A DNA stretch of 64,000 bases from Chiloscyllium plagiosum. Taxonomy: Eukaryota. Position 1 is the stretch's first letter, and each line of letters opens with the position of its first letter. This document shows, one piece after another, positions 50,350 through 62,055 of the stretch. The stretch lies in assembly GCF_004010195.1 (NCBI RefSeq), contig NC_057718.1, positions 105,265,683 through 105,329,682 on the forward strand, read 5' to 3'. Below the pieces are notes generated by a model. It had not been told where the DNA came from. It saw nothing but the letters and a program-made list of their open reading frames with translations, and did not search any database. Made by a program: the position numbers and the translations under genes.

Positions 50350-52300
50350 CATAGAAAATAGGAGCAAGAGGAGACCATTCAGCCCTTCAAGCCTGCTCTG
50401 CCATTCACTACGTTCACTGCTGATCATCTGACTAGACAGCCTACTCAAGGTCACAGAGTAGGAAAAGCCTAATCCTGCTTTCTCTCCATAACTTTTGAAC
50501 CCCTTGCCCCAAGTGCTATATCTAGCTGCCTCTGGAATACATTCATTTTGGTATCAACTACTTCCTGTGGTAATGAATTCCACAGGCTCACCATGTTTGG
50601 TTGAAGAAATATCTATCTCCAGCCTAAATGATCTACCCCAAATCCTCAGACTGTTACCCGTAGTTCTGGACCCACCCACCACTGGGAACATCCTCCCTGC
50701 ATCTACCCTGTCTAGTCCTGTTAGAATTTTACAAGTCTCTGAGATCCTCCCTCATTCATCTGGACTCCAGCGAAAGTAATCCTAACCTAGTCAATCTCTC
50801 CTCATACATCGGTCCTGCCACCCCTGGAATCAGTCCTGTTAACTTTCGCTGCTCTCCCTCGAGAACAAGAGAGCATCCTTCCTCAGAAAAGCAGACGAAA
50901 AATGCACACAATACTCTAGGTATGGCCTCATGAAGGCCCTGTATAACTGAAACAACACATCCCTGCTCCTGTACTCAATACCTCTCAACGAAAGCCAACA
51001 TACCATTTACCTTCTTTACCACCTGCTGCACCTGCATGCTTACCTTCAGCAACTGGTGCATAAGGACACCCCGGTCCCACTGCACACACCCCGCTCCCAA
51101 TTTACAGCCAGATACTAATCTGCCTTCTTGTTTTTGCTTCCAAAATTAATAACCTCACATTTATCCAAATTGTACTGCATCTGCCATTGATTTGCCCACT
51201 CACCTAACTTGTCCAGATCATGCTGAGGGATCTCCGCATCACGTCACAGTTCACCCTCCCACACAAGTTGGTATCATCTGCAAACTTTGAAATGTTACTT
51301 TTTGTTCCCTCATTTAATTCATTAATATATACTGTGAATAGCTGGGTTCCCAGCACTGATCCTTGTGGCACCCCATTAGTTACTGTCTGCTAATTTGAAA
51401 CGGTTCCATTATTCCTTCTATTTCCTCTCTGCCAACCACCTTTTAAAATCCATCTCAATACACTTCCCCAATCTTGGGTGTTTTACTCTTGCATAATAAT
51501 CTCTTAAGTGGAACTTTGTCAAACACTTTCTGAAAGTCTAAATATACTACATCAAGTTATTAGTTAGATCTTCACAGAATTCCAACAGATTTGTCAAATT
51601 TCTTTTAGATTAGATTCCCTACAGTGTGGAAACAGGCCCTTCGGCCCAACAAGTCCCCACCAACCCTCTGAAGAGACCCATTTCTCTCCAATTAATACAC
51701 CTATCACTATGGGCAATTTAACATGGCCAATTCACCTGACCTGCACATCTTTGGACTGAGGGGGGAAACCGGAGCATCTGGAGAAACGCACGCAGACACG
51801 GGGAGAATGTGCAAACTCCACACAGACAGTCACCCAAGGCTGGTGTTGAACTTGGGTCCCTGGTGCTGTGAGGCAGTAGTGCTAATCACTGAGCCACCAT
51901 GCCACCCTAAAATTCTACCATTTGCTGCCGCAGGATTTGAACACATGTTCCCATGACATGAGCCAAGTCCTAAAATTACTAAGCAAGTGACAACACCACT
52001 AGGCCATTGCCTCCCCACTTTCCCCTTCATAAATCTATGCTGATGCTGCCACTGCTCTCCAAAAGTTCTGCCAGAAAGTCTTTGATAATGAAATTCGTGA
52101 ATTTTCCCCAATATCGATATTAGCCTTACCGATAAGAGTCAGAGATGTACAGCATGGAAACAGACCCTTTCCCTGTTTTCTCTCAATCTCCCTTTTTGAA
52201 TATTGAACATTAGCTACCCTCCAATCTGTAGGGACTGCAGAATACTGAAGATAACCACCAATGCATCCACTATTTCTACAGCCACTTCCTTAAGTACTCT
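50350..52300 (-). mobile_element. CR1-type LINE with nested SINEs
   Basis: CR1 3' tail at ~50350; GATRISAG/SKFADDT-type RT-coding segments at ~51270-51370. Confidence 0.7.
51605..51907 (-). mobile_element. HE1-type SINE
   Basis: Same head, V-domain and tail as 21905-22212. Confidence 0.88.
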
Positions 52301-53370
52301 GGAATCTACTTTGGGAAAAAAAAAGGAGGAATTCTTTCTCTCCTCTCTCTCCTCCTTCTGCTCCTAGTTTAGATGATCTCTTTATTCAATTTTTTTTTAT
52401 TCCATCGAATTACATAGTAATAAACTGCATCTGTCAACGACAGCACCAATTATCCCTGTCCTTCTGAATCAAGGAAGCATCTATAGAGAAAATCTTAATA
52501 TTTGACAAAAATGACCAGATGGTTCTGATGAAAGGTTACTGACATGAAGAGTTCACAGTTTCTCTCTAAGCAATTTGAGTTTATACTTCACAATTCCAAC
52601 AATCAAGTGCTTTGGGACCTGTTACATTATTTCTTTCTCATTTATTTAATTTATTCATCTTTTATTAAAATGAACTTGGCATGCTTTATTTCCAATCGCC
52701 ATTGGATTGATTTATTTCAAACGTAGCTTCAGTCCCAAAAGTGATCCACGGAGTACCCCTCTCAATCTCATTCTAGTCTGTAAGACTTCAATCAGACCTT
52801 CTAAGCCAATTGTCTGCCCTCTGCTATCAATTAGCCTATTTTCACTTTTGAAAACTCTTTCCACTAAGAACCATAAGGACAATCCAAGTATATAAATATT
52901 AATCTTTGTTTAAATAAGGTCTCTAACAAGTTATAATATCCAAATACAGAAATAAAAGTACAGTGGATGCTGGATCTGAAATAAGCTCAAACATTCTCAC
53001 AAAAGGTCATTAGCCTGAAATGCTTGCTTGATTCCTTTCCCCAGAGGTGATGCCAGAGGTGTTGAAAAGTTCTAGTATTTTCTTTCTACTTTCCAAACGC
53101 TCATTCACTGGACCCCTACATTAATTCTATGCCATCCACTAGATTCCTATATTAACTCAATTTTTCTGACAGTTGGTGAGGCTTATAGCTCCCAGGGTGT
53201 TTTGTTTAACAGCAGTTTTTGACTTAGCTACTTCCTGTTCCTTAGGAACCTCTCCTGAATTTGGGAAGATTAAGAAGAAAATGGCAAAACGTTACTAGTC
53301 CAAATCAAATACACAGTTACACATTCAGTATGAAGATGGTGGCATTTAACAAATTCCAAGGCTTTGTCAC

Positions 53371-53546
53371 CTTGACTGACTTCTTGGCAAACTTGTCCAA
53401 AGAATATCCCTGGGATTTGAATATGTTGGCATTAGCTTGGAGCAGGTCCTTCCTTTCCATGCCCTCCCGTCTTGGCATAGAGCCCACCAGAATCGCAACA
53501 TCAATGTCCTTGAAAGCTTCTTCCTCTTTGTCAGTTGCAATGACTT
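53371..53546 (-). CDS. MDH1: MDH1 exon 4 (176 nt) [59 protein letters not shown]
   Basis: Lies within ORF 53317..53574; splice sites cag|AA and AAG|gtgaca; substrate loop [11 protein letters not shown] intact. Confidence 0.97.
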
Positions 53547-54775
53547 CTGCAAGGAACATATAAAGTAAGAGCAATATGATTGCTCACCATGCAGTGAGTT
53601 GAATCCCTGGAACCTCCCTCTTAACAGCATTGTAGACGTTCCTACACCCCAAGGCCTGCAGTAGTTCAAGGCAGCAACTCATCACCACCATTACCAGGGC
53701 AATTAGGCACAGGTGATGAATGCCGATTTAGCTTGACATCCCACCCCTCAGAAATTAATTTTTAAAAATGCACTCCTAACGTATTAAGCTACTTGAAGCA
53801 GAATTTCCAAAGTGTAATTCCAGGTTGGTTTGATTTGAGTTGAGGGGCCATAGAAAACAGAAAAGCTTAATAGCTTATTTCTTGGTGGCTGTTGTACCAT
53901 TCAATGAGATCACGGCTGAACATCAGTAACAAGTAACACATTACAATTAGCTTCAGGGCCTCAGGGCCTGGGCAGGGAGAAAACGTCATTTCCAAACGGA
54001 ACTAGCTTTCAGTGACAGCTGCAAGATGAGGTTTTAACAGGATTGTACATGTCCAAATCACCTATAAATACTCACTTGACAATCAAAAATGAAGAATATT
54101 GATCAAGCATGGTCAGGGATGTGTGTCAGGAACAATTAAAAAGGGAAACAAAACTAAGGATTTTAAAAATAAAGCCCACAGCTTTGATTCAGATGGTCTG
54201 TAACCCATGTTTAATGTATGGCAGATACCTAATAGTTACAATCTGTTCCTAAGCTTGAACAGTTTTTTTCTCTTCCAAATAAGCAGTTCCAGATTATAAT
54301 GTCACAAGAAAACACGTAGTTTTTAGCTACTTGGCAAAGTAAATAAAATCAACAAAAGCTGTGCATCAAATCTCTCGATCAGCAGTTGTGAAATGCCGAT
54401 GTGCAATGAATACTGATCGGACAATCACATCTGACCTTGTATTAAAGATCCATAAACATGGGACAATCATTGTACAAGAGTAATTCCAACGAATTACCAA
54501 ATAGCCTAACAGATCTACAATCAGAATTCAATTCCCAGTTGCACAATTAGTATTTAAAATTCTAGCTCTCACCGACTTTCAATTCAGCAAAATTTCAACT
54601 GACAGCTGAAACGATGGAGATGTCAATGTAAAGGAAGCTCAGATTAAATGTGCATTACACTAAATATGCATTGTACCAAGAGTTAAACAAGTTACTTCAA
54701 GTAGAGAAAAGGAAACGAAGAGCATAAATAAGACTCAATTTCAATTGGAAAGTAACATCCAACTTAGCTACTTAC

Positions 54776-54872
54776 CACACACCAGTTGAAAAGCACAATC
54801 CCGGATTTCCATCACAACACCATCCAGTACTGACATCATTGGTGCAATATCGAGCAGCACGAGGATGATGGG
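54776..54872 (-). CDS. MDH1: MDH1 exon 3 (97 nt) [32 protein letters not shown]
   Basis: Splice sites aag|CCC and G|gtaag; homologous to human [27 protein letters not shown]. Confidence 0.96.
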
Positions 54873-55641
54873 CTTTGGGAATTATATTAAAACATAATTC
54901 AGTACTACACTACATGGACACTTTGTCACTCCACATTACTCATTACACTTTAGAAGAATTATTTTATTTGGAGACAACACTCCTTTGGCATTTTTCAATG
55001 AGGATTCATGGTCCACACAAAAATGCACACATTCTTGTCTGTTTCAAGATAAACCTTTGAACACAAGGCAATTTCATAGCTGTGCAGGTAAAGAAGCTAT
55101 TTCCAATTCTCATCCATTGCTACCTGCATTAAACTTCGCAACCCATTAATTGGTGCAATATTCTTAAGATTCAGTGACTACAGTGCCCCTGGTGAGGGGG
55201 AGATGCAAACTAATTTATAGCTTTGCCTTCTCTTTGAGGGGGTCGGCGTGGGAGCAAAAGCAAAAAGAAAACCATTACTTTGTGGTGGAAAAGCTGTCAA
55301 CTGATTTAACAGATTGCCAGCAGTAGATACACGTTCAGGTTCCCTGAACGCTGCAGAAACTAGCAATTCATCTGGGTCAATTTGCTTTATCTGATTACTG
55401 CCTTTTGTTCTCTCCTACTATTACCAAGCAGCTTCTTAAAAAAAAATAAAATTTATGAACACTGTGCTGCTAGAGTCATACAGCATGGAAACAGACCCAT
55501 TGGTCCAACTCATCCATATTAACAAAGTTTCTCAAACAAAACTAATTATTGCAACACTCCATTATTTTAATAAAACAAATGAAAAGACTGATTGTTTAAT
55601 CGACTGTTTATATATATATTTTTAAATACAGTAAACATTAC

Positions 55642-55740
55642 CTGGTCATTTCCAAAAACATCCCCCTTTGCAATGTTGTAGATAAGTGAATAGGCAATCT
55701 GACCAGCAGCACCAGTCACAAGAACTTTAATCGGCTCTGC
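55642..55740 (-). CDS. MDH1: MDH1 exon 2 (99 nt) [33 protein letters not shown]
   Basis: Splice sites ttctctccag|GCA and CAG|gtaatg; contains the Rossmann-fold GAAGQIA motif of cytosolic MDH. Confidence 0.97.
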
Positions 55741-56586
55741 CTGGAGAGAAATTGAACAATGGGAAACTGTGGATGATTCAGAGGCACATTAAAAAATTAC
55801 ATACGATTTTTCAAAGCTTACCCTATCTGTAGGTTCCAGGAAATTAAGCTTTCTTCCACCACTGTATCCATTTCAAATAAACAATCTATTAAGCTTCAGT
55901 ATTAGAGGCCTGACGTTATCTACAAGCGCAAAATGTTTACAAATATTTTTTAAAAATCTTTGAGTAATTAAACTCATCTGCAAATCTGTATTAGAATGAA
56001 TTTCTGTGTAGCCACACACATAAAAGAGGATTAAAGCTAACATAAAAGTTTGACGAATTAGCTTTGAAAACAGCTTGTATTCAGAGCAGTGAAATTAATT
56101 TCTCTGAAAAACCATTCATTATTTTTAGAACTTTGAAACAAAATCACCATGTGTTAAAATAGAATGACTTAAAGATCACATTCTTATGAAGGAAATTGAC
56201 CTTACATACAATATGTGTTTTTTCTTAGTAGCATTTCAGCAGCAACATTGTCCAAGGTCATTTGACAGATAGAGGATACACTACTGGATCACATTACTCA
56301 AATTGTTTCAACACCAGCTCAGTGGAAAATACATCAACTCCACAATCCCATCCACTACCACACCCCAAAAATCTCCCCAATTAGTTGATATTCAGTATTG
56401 ATTCGGTGTGGGGAGGGGTTTGGTCAGAGGAATGTTTCCACAGTCAAATTACAGGAGGACATGCAAGAGATGCCTTAGTGAACCTTAAGGAAAAGAAAGA
56501 TGCTGTTTCTGCATAGTCTTCTGCTAAATCATGAAGTACCTTACTGCACTCTTACTACATTTCCTCACATGACAAAGCTTGGCTTT

Positions 56587-56883
56587 TTAGATTAGATTCC
56601 CTACAATGTGGAAACAGACCCTTCGGCCCAACAAGTCCACACTGACCCTCTGAAGAGTAACCCACACAGACCCATTCCCTCTGACTAATGTACCTAACAC
56701 TATGGGCAACTTAGCACAGCCAATTCACCTAACCTGCACATCTTTGGATTGTGGGAGGAAACCCACTCAGACACTGGGAGAATGTGCAAATTCCACACAG
56801 ACAGTCGACCAAGGCTGGAATCAAACCTGGGACCCTGATGCTGTGAGGCAGCAGTGCTAACCACTGAGCCACCATGCCGCCCC
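56587..56883 (-). mobile_element. HE1-type SINE
   Basis: Same head, V-domain and tail. Confidence 0.88.
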
Positions 56884-57703
56884 AAAATTATCTTCAGAGT
56901 ATGTTGCTTGACTATTTTGCTTTTGCATATGCAGTATATTAACCTTGCTAATTTAAAAAAAAACATTCTGTAGGTTAGGAACTGCCACCTTCAACTCACA
57001 AGAGACCAAAAAAACTACAGATGCTGGAATCCAAAATAGACAGGCAGGAGACTGGAAGAATATAGCAAGCCATGCAGCATCAGGAGGTGGAGAAGTCGAC
57101 ATTTTGGGTGTAACCCTTCTTCAGGACTGGGGGTGGATATGGAGGGAGCTACAGATAAAGGGGGTGGCGCGGGCAGGGTGGTGAAGTGGGAGTAGATGAA
57201 GACAGGTAGAGGGTAGAAGCTGGTTGGCCAATGGGAGGAATGAATCCAGTTGGTGGCTGAGAGGGGTGGAGGGAGGGGGAGGGGCAGGGAAGAGAGCCAG
57301 GGGATGGGGAGGGAGGTTATTTGAAATTGGAGAACTCAACATTGAGTCCTCCGGGCTGTTGGCTGCTGAGGCGGAAGAGGAGGTGTTGCTCATCCTATTT
57401 GCAGTGTGCTTCATTGCAACAATGGAGGCAAAAGATGGTCATGTCAGAAAGGAAGTGGGTAAGAAAATTAAATTGGGTGGTGACTGGGAGGTCCGTTCGG
57501 TGCTTGTGGGCCCAGCTGAGATACTTAGCGAACTGTTCCCCAAGTTTATATTCGGTCTCCCAGATGTAGAGAAGCCCACACCTGATGCAGTAAGCTAGGT
57601 TAGAAGGGAGGTAAAAACAATGACTGCAGATGCTGGAAACCAGATTCTGGATTAGCGCTGCTGGAAGAGCACAGCAGTTCAGGCAGCATCCAAGGAGCAG
57701 CGA

Positions 57704-57739
57704 AATCAACGTTTCGGGCAAAAGCCCTTCATCAGGAAT
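57704..57739 (-). ncRNA. Minimal type-I hammerhead ribozyme motif (PLE-associated)
   Basis: Minus strand reads UAUUC-CUGAUGA-A-GGGC-UUUU-GCCC-GAAA-CG-UU-GAUU: intact core, 4-bp stem II and palindromic ACGU stem III; stem I is weak. Confidence 0.65.
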
Positions 57740-57788
57740 AAAGGCAGAGAGCCTGAAGCGTGGAGAGATAAGCTAGAGGAGGGTGGGG

Positions 57789-58151
57789 NNNNNNNNNNNN
57801 NNNNNNNNNNNNNNNNNNNNNNNNNNNNNNNNNNNNNNNNNNNNNNNNNNNNNNNNNNNNNNNNNNNNNNNNNNNNNNNNNNNNNNNNNNNNNNNNNNNN
57901 NNNNNNNNNNNNNNNNNNNNNNNNNNNNNNNNNNNNNNNNNNNNNNNNNNNNNNNNNNNNNNNNNNNNNNNNNNNNNNNNNNNNNNNNNNNNNNNNNNNN
58001 NNNNNNNNNNNNNNNNNNNNNNNNNNNNNNNNNNNNNNNNNNNNNNNNNNNNNNNNNNNNNNNNNNNNNNNNNNNNNNNNNNNNNNNNNNNNNNNNNNNN
58101 NNNNNNNNNNNNNNNNNNNNNNNNNNNNNNNNNNNNNNNNNNNNNNNNNNN
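57789..58151. other. Assembly gap (N run) within a PLE
   Basis: Run of n. Confidence 1.
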
Positions 58152-60632
58152 CAGGCAGTCACGGAGGGAACGGTCTTTGCGGAAGGCGGAAAGGGGTGGG
58201 GAGGGAAATATATCCCTCGTGGTGGGGTCTTTTTGGAGGTGGCGGAAATGTCGGCAGATGATTTGGTTTATGCGAAGGTTGGTAGGGTGGAAGGTGAGCT
58301 CCGGTTGCAAGGGAAGGTACCTTGGGGTTCAGGGGTGGTTGGTGAGGAGAGTGCGCAAACCAAGGATTGTTGATGGGAACAGTCCTTGCAGAAGGCAGAG
58401 AGGGGTGGAGAGGGGAAGATTTTTTTTGTGGGGGAGGGGTCTATTTGGAGTTGGCAGAAATGTTTAAGGGTGATGTGTTGGATGTGGAAACTGGAGGTGT
58501 GGTAGGTGATGACAAGGGGGGCTTTGTCTTTATTGCGTTGGGAAGAGGAGGGGGTTTAAGAGCAGTGGAACGGAAACCTGGGGTGATGCGCGGAGGGCTG
58601 TCTGGATGACAGAGGGAGGAAAAGCACGATGCTCAAAATAGGTGAGCACCCGGGATGCTCAAGAGGAAGGTCTTCTCACCTGAGCAAATGCAGCGGGTGA
58701 GTTGGGAAAATGGGATGAAGTTTTTGCAAGATACTGGGTGGGAGGTGGTGTAGTCCAGGTATTTATAGGAGTCTGTGGGTTGGTTGTAAACATCTGTTTG
58801 GAGACTGTTGCCAGAGACGGAGGTGGTGAGGTCCAGAAAGGGGAGGTAGGTGTCCAAGATGAACCAAGTGAATTTGAGGGTGGGTGGAAGTTGCAGGTGA
58901 AGTTGATGAACTGCTTCAGTTCAGCCCGGGTGCAGCGTCCTGCACCCATGCAGTCATCAATTTAACAGAAGAGGAGCTGGGGCCTCCTCCATTACTGCAA
59001 ATTGGAGGGACACCACCTCATCTTCCGCCTGAGCAGTCTACAGCCTGGAGAACTCAACACTGAGTTCCCTTCCACCAACTGGATTCATTCCTCCCATTGA
59101 CCTACCAGGTCGTACCTCTACCTGTCTTCACCTATCTCCACTATCCCGACTTGACTACCCTGTCCCCGCCGGCCCCTTTATCTGCAGTTCCCCATACACC
59201 CAATCCCAGACCTGAAGAAGGGTTACACCTGAAATGTTGACTTCTCCACTTCCTGATGCTGCCTGGCTTGCTGTGTTCTTCCAGCCTCCTGCCTGTCTAT
59301 CTTCAACTCACTGCCCACATAAAATTTTATTATATGTGAATAATACCAAATTGCAGAAACCGTATTGAAATTATTTCTGTAACCTGTAGGCAGTTGTGTT
59401 TTGAATATCAAGACTTGGTGCACCTTGATGACACCATCCAAAATCAACTTTGACAAAAGAACCACAATAGTTACACAAAAATAAACAAATCTTGAGGTCA
59501 TTCCATTTCGACCACACCTTCAGAACTCTCAGAAGGAATCTTCCATTGAAAGCAAGGTATACAGACAATCAGAAATCATTTCATCCAAGCCTTACATAGG
59601 CCTTTCAATGTCTGAACTTCAAGACAATTATAGCCAGTTACAGTTAGAATCAAGATACAAATCTGACTCTGATCTCTTTGCTAACTAAACCGACATGCTT
59701 TTTGCTTCCTCCTTCAAAATAACTTCTCTAAATATCAAATTCTCTCCTAATGGGAAAAAAATCTCTTAAGTCTATTGCCAGTTTATAACATTTCCTTTCT
59801 CAGTAAAAAGATCCTCCATTTAATAATATGTTCTACTTTGCATAAGCATCCATGATTTTCAATCATTAGTTTCTCAAAGATACACATTCTCAAAACTGAC
59901 TGTCTAAAAACTCTGGAAATTCGACACATTTAGCATGCCATGCATCATCCTTCCAGTTAAAGTTAACCTACCTAGGCAATTCAGCAGAGTTGCAAATGGC
60001 AGTGGACTTATCATCTGATTGACCAGTTGTACACCAGACTAGTCCCACACACAAATTAAAAATTTGACCCCACCTGTATAACCCACTGTCCAAAGTCAGA
60101 CAAAATAACCTTGCTTTCACATCCAGCTGATTTGAGAGGAACTTGCAGCATTCCTATTCATCTGACCTTGGAGGTGAATATTGTGCGTCATTTCCAGAAT
60201 CTAATTCTTAACTGAAGGTTAAATAGCACACATTAACCATCAACATCTCAGTGAAAGCTCAGAAACCCAATGTATTTTTAGTTTGGTGTTTTATCTTGCA
60301 AGCTGAAACAAACTATTTCACGTTACTGAGCCAGAGGGAGCCATTTCTAAATCATGAACTACCCATTAGTTAATGCCTACCTATCGCAGTGGCCTAGATA
60401 TCTAGTTAAATTTTAAAAAGCTAAAGGTTTACAGTGAAGAAATAACACAAACTAGGTCCAAATGACATTGAGAAATATTGTGTGCAATATACAACAGCAA
60501 CTGAGACACTGACCATTATACATCAAATAATAGTTGACATCTATAAGTACTGACCATTGAGGTGAATGTAAAACAGTGAGAGAGATACTGACCATCCTAA
60601 GCTCTACATAAAACAGTGAGACAGATACTAAC

Positions 60633-60635
60633 CAT
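60633..60635 (-). CDS. MDH1: MDH1 exon 1 coding part (ATG only)
   Basis: Minus strand reads gcagcaaaATG|gttagt at the edge of a CpG-rich region. Vertebrate MDH1 exon 1 contributes only the Met, and exon 2 begins in phase 0. Confidence 0.8.
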
Positions 60636-61420
60636 TTTGCTGCTGCAGGTTGACCTTCGCTGCTGTCTATCGACCGCCAAATGCTAGAAGACAGTCACAT
60701 GACCGTACGACGTTAACCGCGCGTTGCGCCCTGGGCGATGTAGTCTTGTTTCCATTGAAATAACGCTAACATCCTGATAGCTTCGAGACGGTTGGACTAC
60801 AATATCCATCATGCATCGCGCCGTACGGCCGTCTCTCACACTCAGTATCCCACCGCAAGGTGCACATCCGGTCATGGAGAGCAAACAGTGCCAATGCTCA
60901 ATTGACCATCCCTATCACTTCCAAGGAGTAAAAGCAATTGGTGTTGGCATGAATTATTTATTATCTTTGTTATAATAGTACATGTGTGCTTCGCGAACGG
61001 CTGGCTGTCTTCACAAGGTGGTTATGATTTATATAACGGGCGGATGGATTGTAGACAGTCTAGGGAAAGGTGTGTTTCCGGCTGCCCCGGAAGGGATGAT
61101 ATAAGTGGTTGCTAAGAGACGGAGAGCAGTGCGGCTGTGTGAGGTAAAGATCTCCTGGATAAAGGGCTTGGTGTGATCTGGAGTGTGTATGTGTAGGTTG
61201 TGCAGGTCCTGCAAGCAGAGAGTTGTCAGAAATGGGTCCGGTATCTGCAGGGGGTCAAGGACAGCGGAGCCCGGGGAGGTGACCTTCCCCTTCCCCTTCT
61301 CCAGGAAGCAGTTAATACCGGTCTCAGGTCCTCAGGCATGTCGCCGCGACCCCGTGGGGAAGCTGGTCCCCTCGAGGTGGTGAAGAGCTTCTTCCTTCCC
61401 TCGATCACTGATCGCCTGGT
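60636..61420. promoter_or_regulatory. CpG-enriched MDH1 promoter, probably bidirectional (divergent WDPCP expected by synteny)
   Basis: Local CpG enrichment; GTCACATGAC E-box 60694-60703; RFX X-box-like GTTTCCATTGAAAT 60748-60761 and GTTGCTAAGAGAC 61108-61120; opposed ETS cores TTCCGG/CCGGAAG ~61076-61093; plus-strand donor GAG|gtaaag at ~61143. Confidence 0.6.
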
Positions 61421-61619
61421 CATGTACAAGGAGGATAGAATATCAATCGTGATCTGAAATTGTTGAACCCATTACTGAGTACAGGACATTAAGTGATTAA
61501 TTGGAACCTGAAGTTCTGCCCATGATGTGCCCTCATGGTTTTCTCCCACTATATTCTTCATCCTCTTCAATTACCCTGAAGTAATTGTTTAATGCGTGGG
61601 TTTGTCTGGTTAGCACAAT

Positions 61620-62055
61620 AGAGACATAACATCATAGAGATGTACAGCACGGAAACAGACCCTTCGATCCAAACCGTCCATGCCGACCAGATATCCCAAC
61701 CCAATCTAGTCCCACCTGCCAGCACCCGGCCCATATCCTTCCAAACCCTTCCTATTCATATACCGATCCAAATGCCTCTTACATGTTGCAATTGTACCAG
61801 CCTCCACCACTTCCTCTGGCAGCTCATTCCATACATGTACCATCCTATGTATGAAAAAGTTGCCGCTTAGGTCTCTTTTACATCTTTCCCCTCTATGCCC
61901 TCTAGTTCGGACTCCTTGACCTTGGGGAAAAGACTTTGCCTATTTATCCTGTTCATGCCCGTCATAATTTTGTAAACCTCTATAAGGTCACCTCTCAGCC
62001 TCTGACGCTCCAGGGAAAACAGCCCCAGCCTGTTCAGCCTCTCCCTATAGCTCTA
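61620..62055 (-). mobile_element. CR1/HER1 LINE 3' end
   Basis: Near-identical to the reverse complement of 28870-29300. Confidence 0.85.

Larger units (their letters stand above)
57000..59300 (-). mobile_element. Neptune-type Penelope-like element with inverted ends, 11-bp TSD and a second nested PLE
   Basis: IDDCMG, LPFLDL..DVYNQPTDSYKYLDYTTSHP (RT); AYCIRCGLLYIWET (GIY-YIG); TSD CTTCAACTCAC at 56989-56999 and 59301-59311. Confidence 0.88.

Noticed and set aside
57732-58373. 129-196 aa ORFs
   Set aside because: They span an N gap; the flanks are PLE sequence.
61183-61457. GC-rich ORFs right of the MDH1 promoter as WDPCP coding exons
   Set aside because: No resemblance to the WDPCP N-terminus that I can recognise; likely CpG-island intron sequence.
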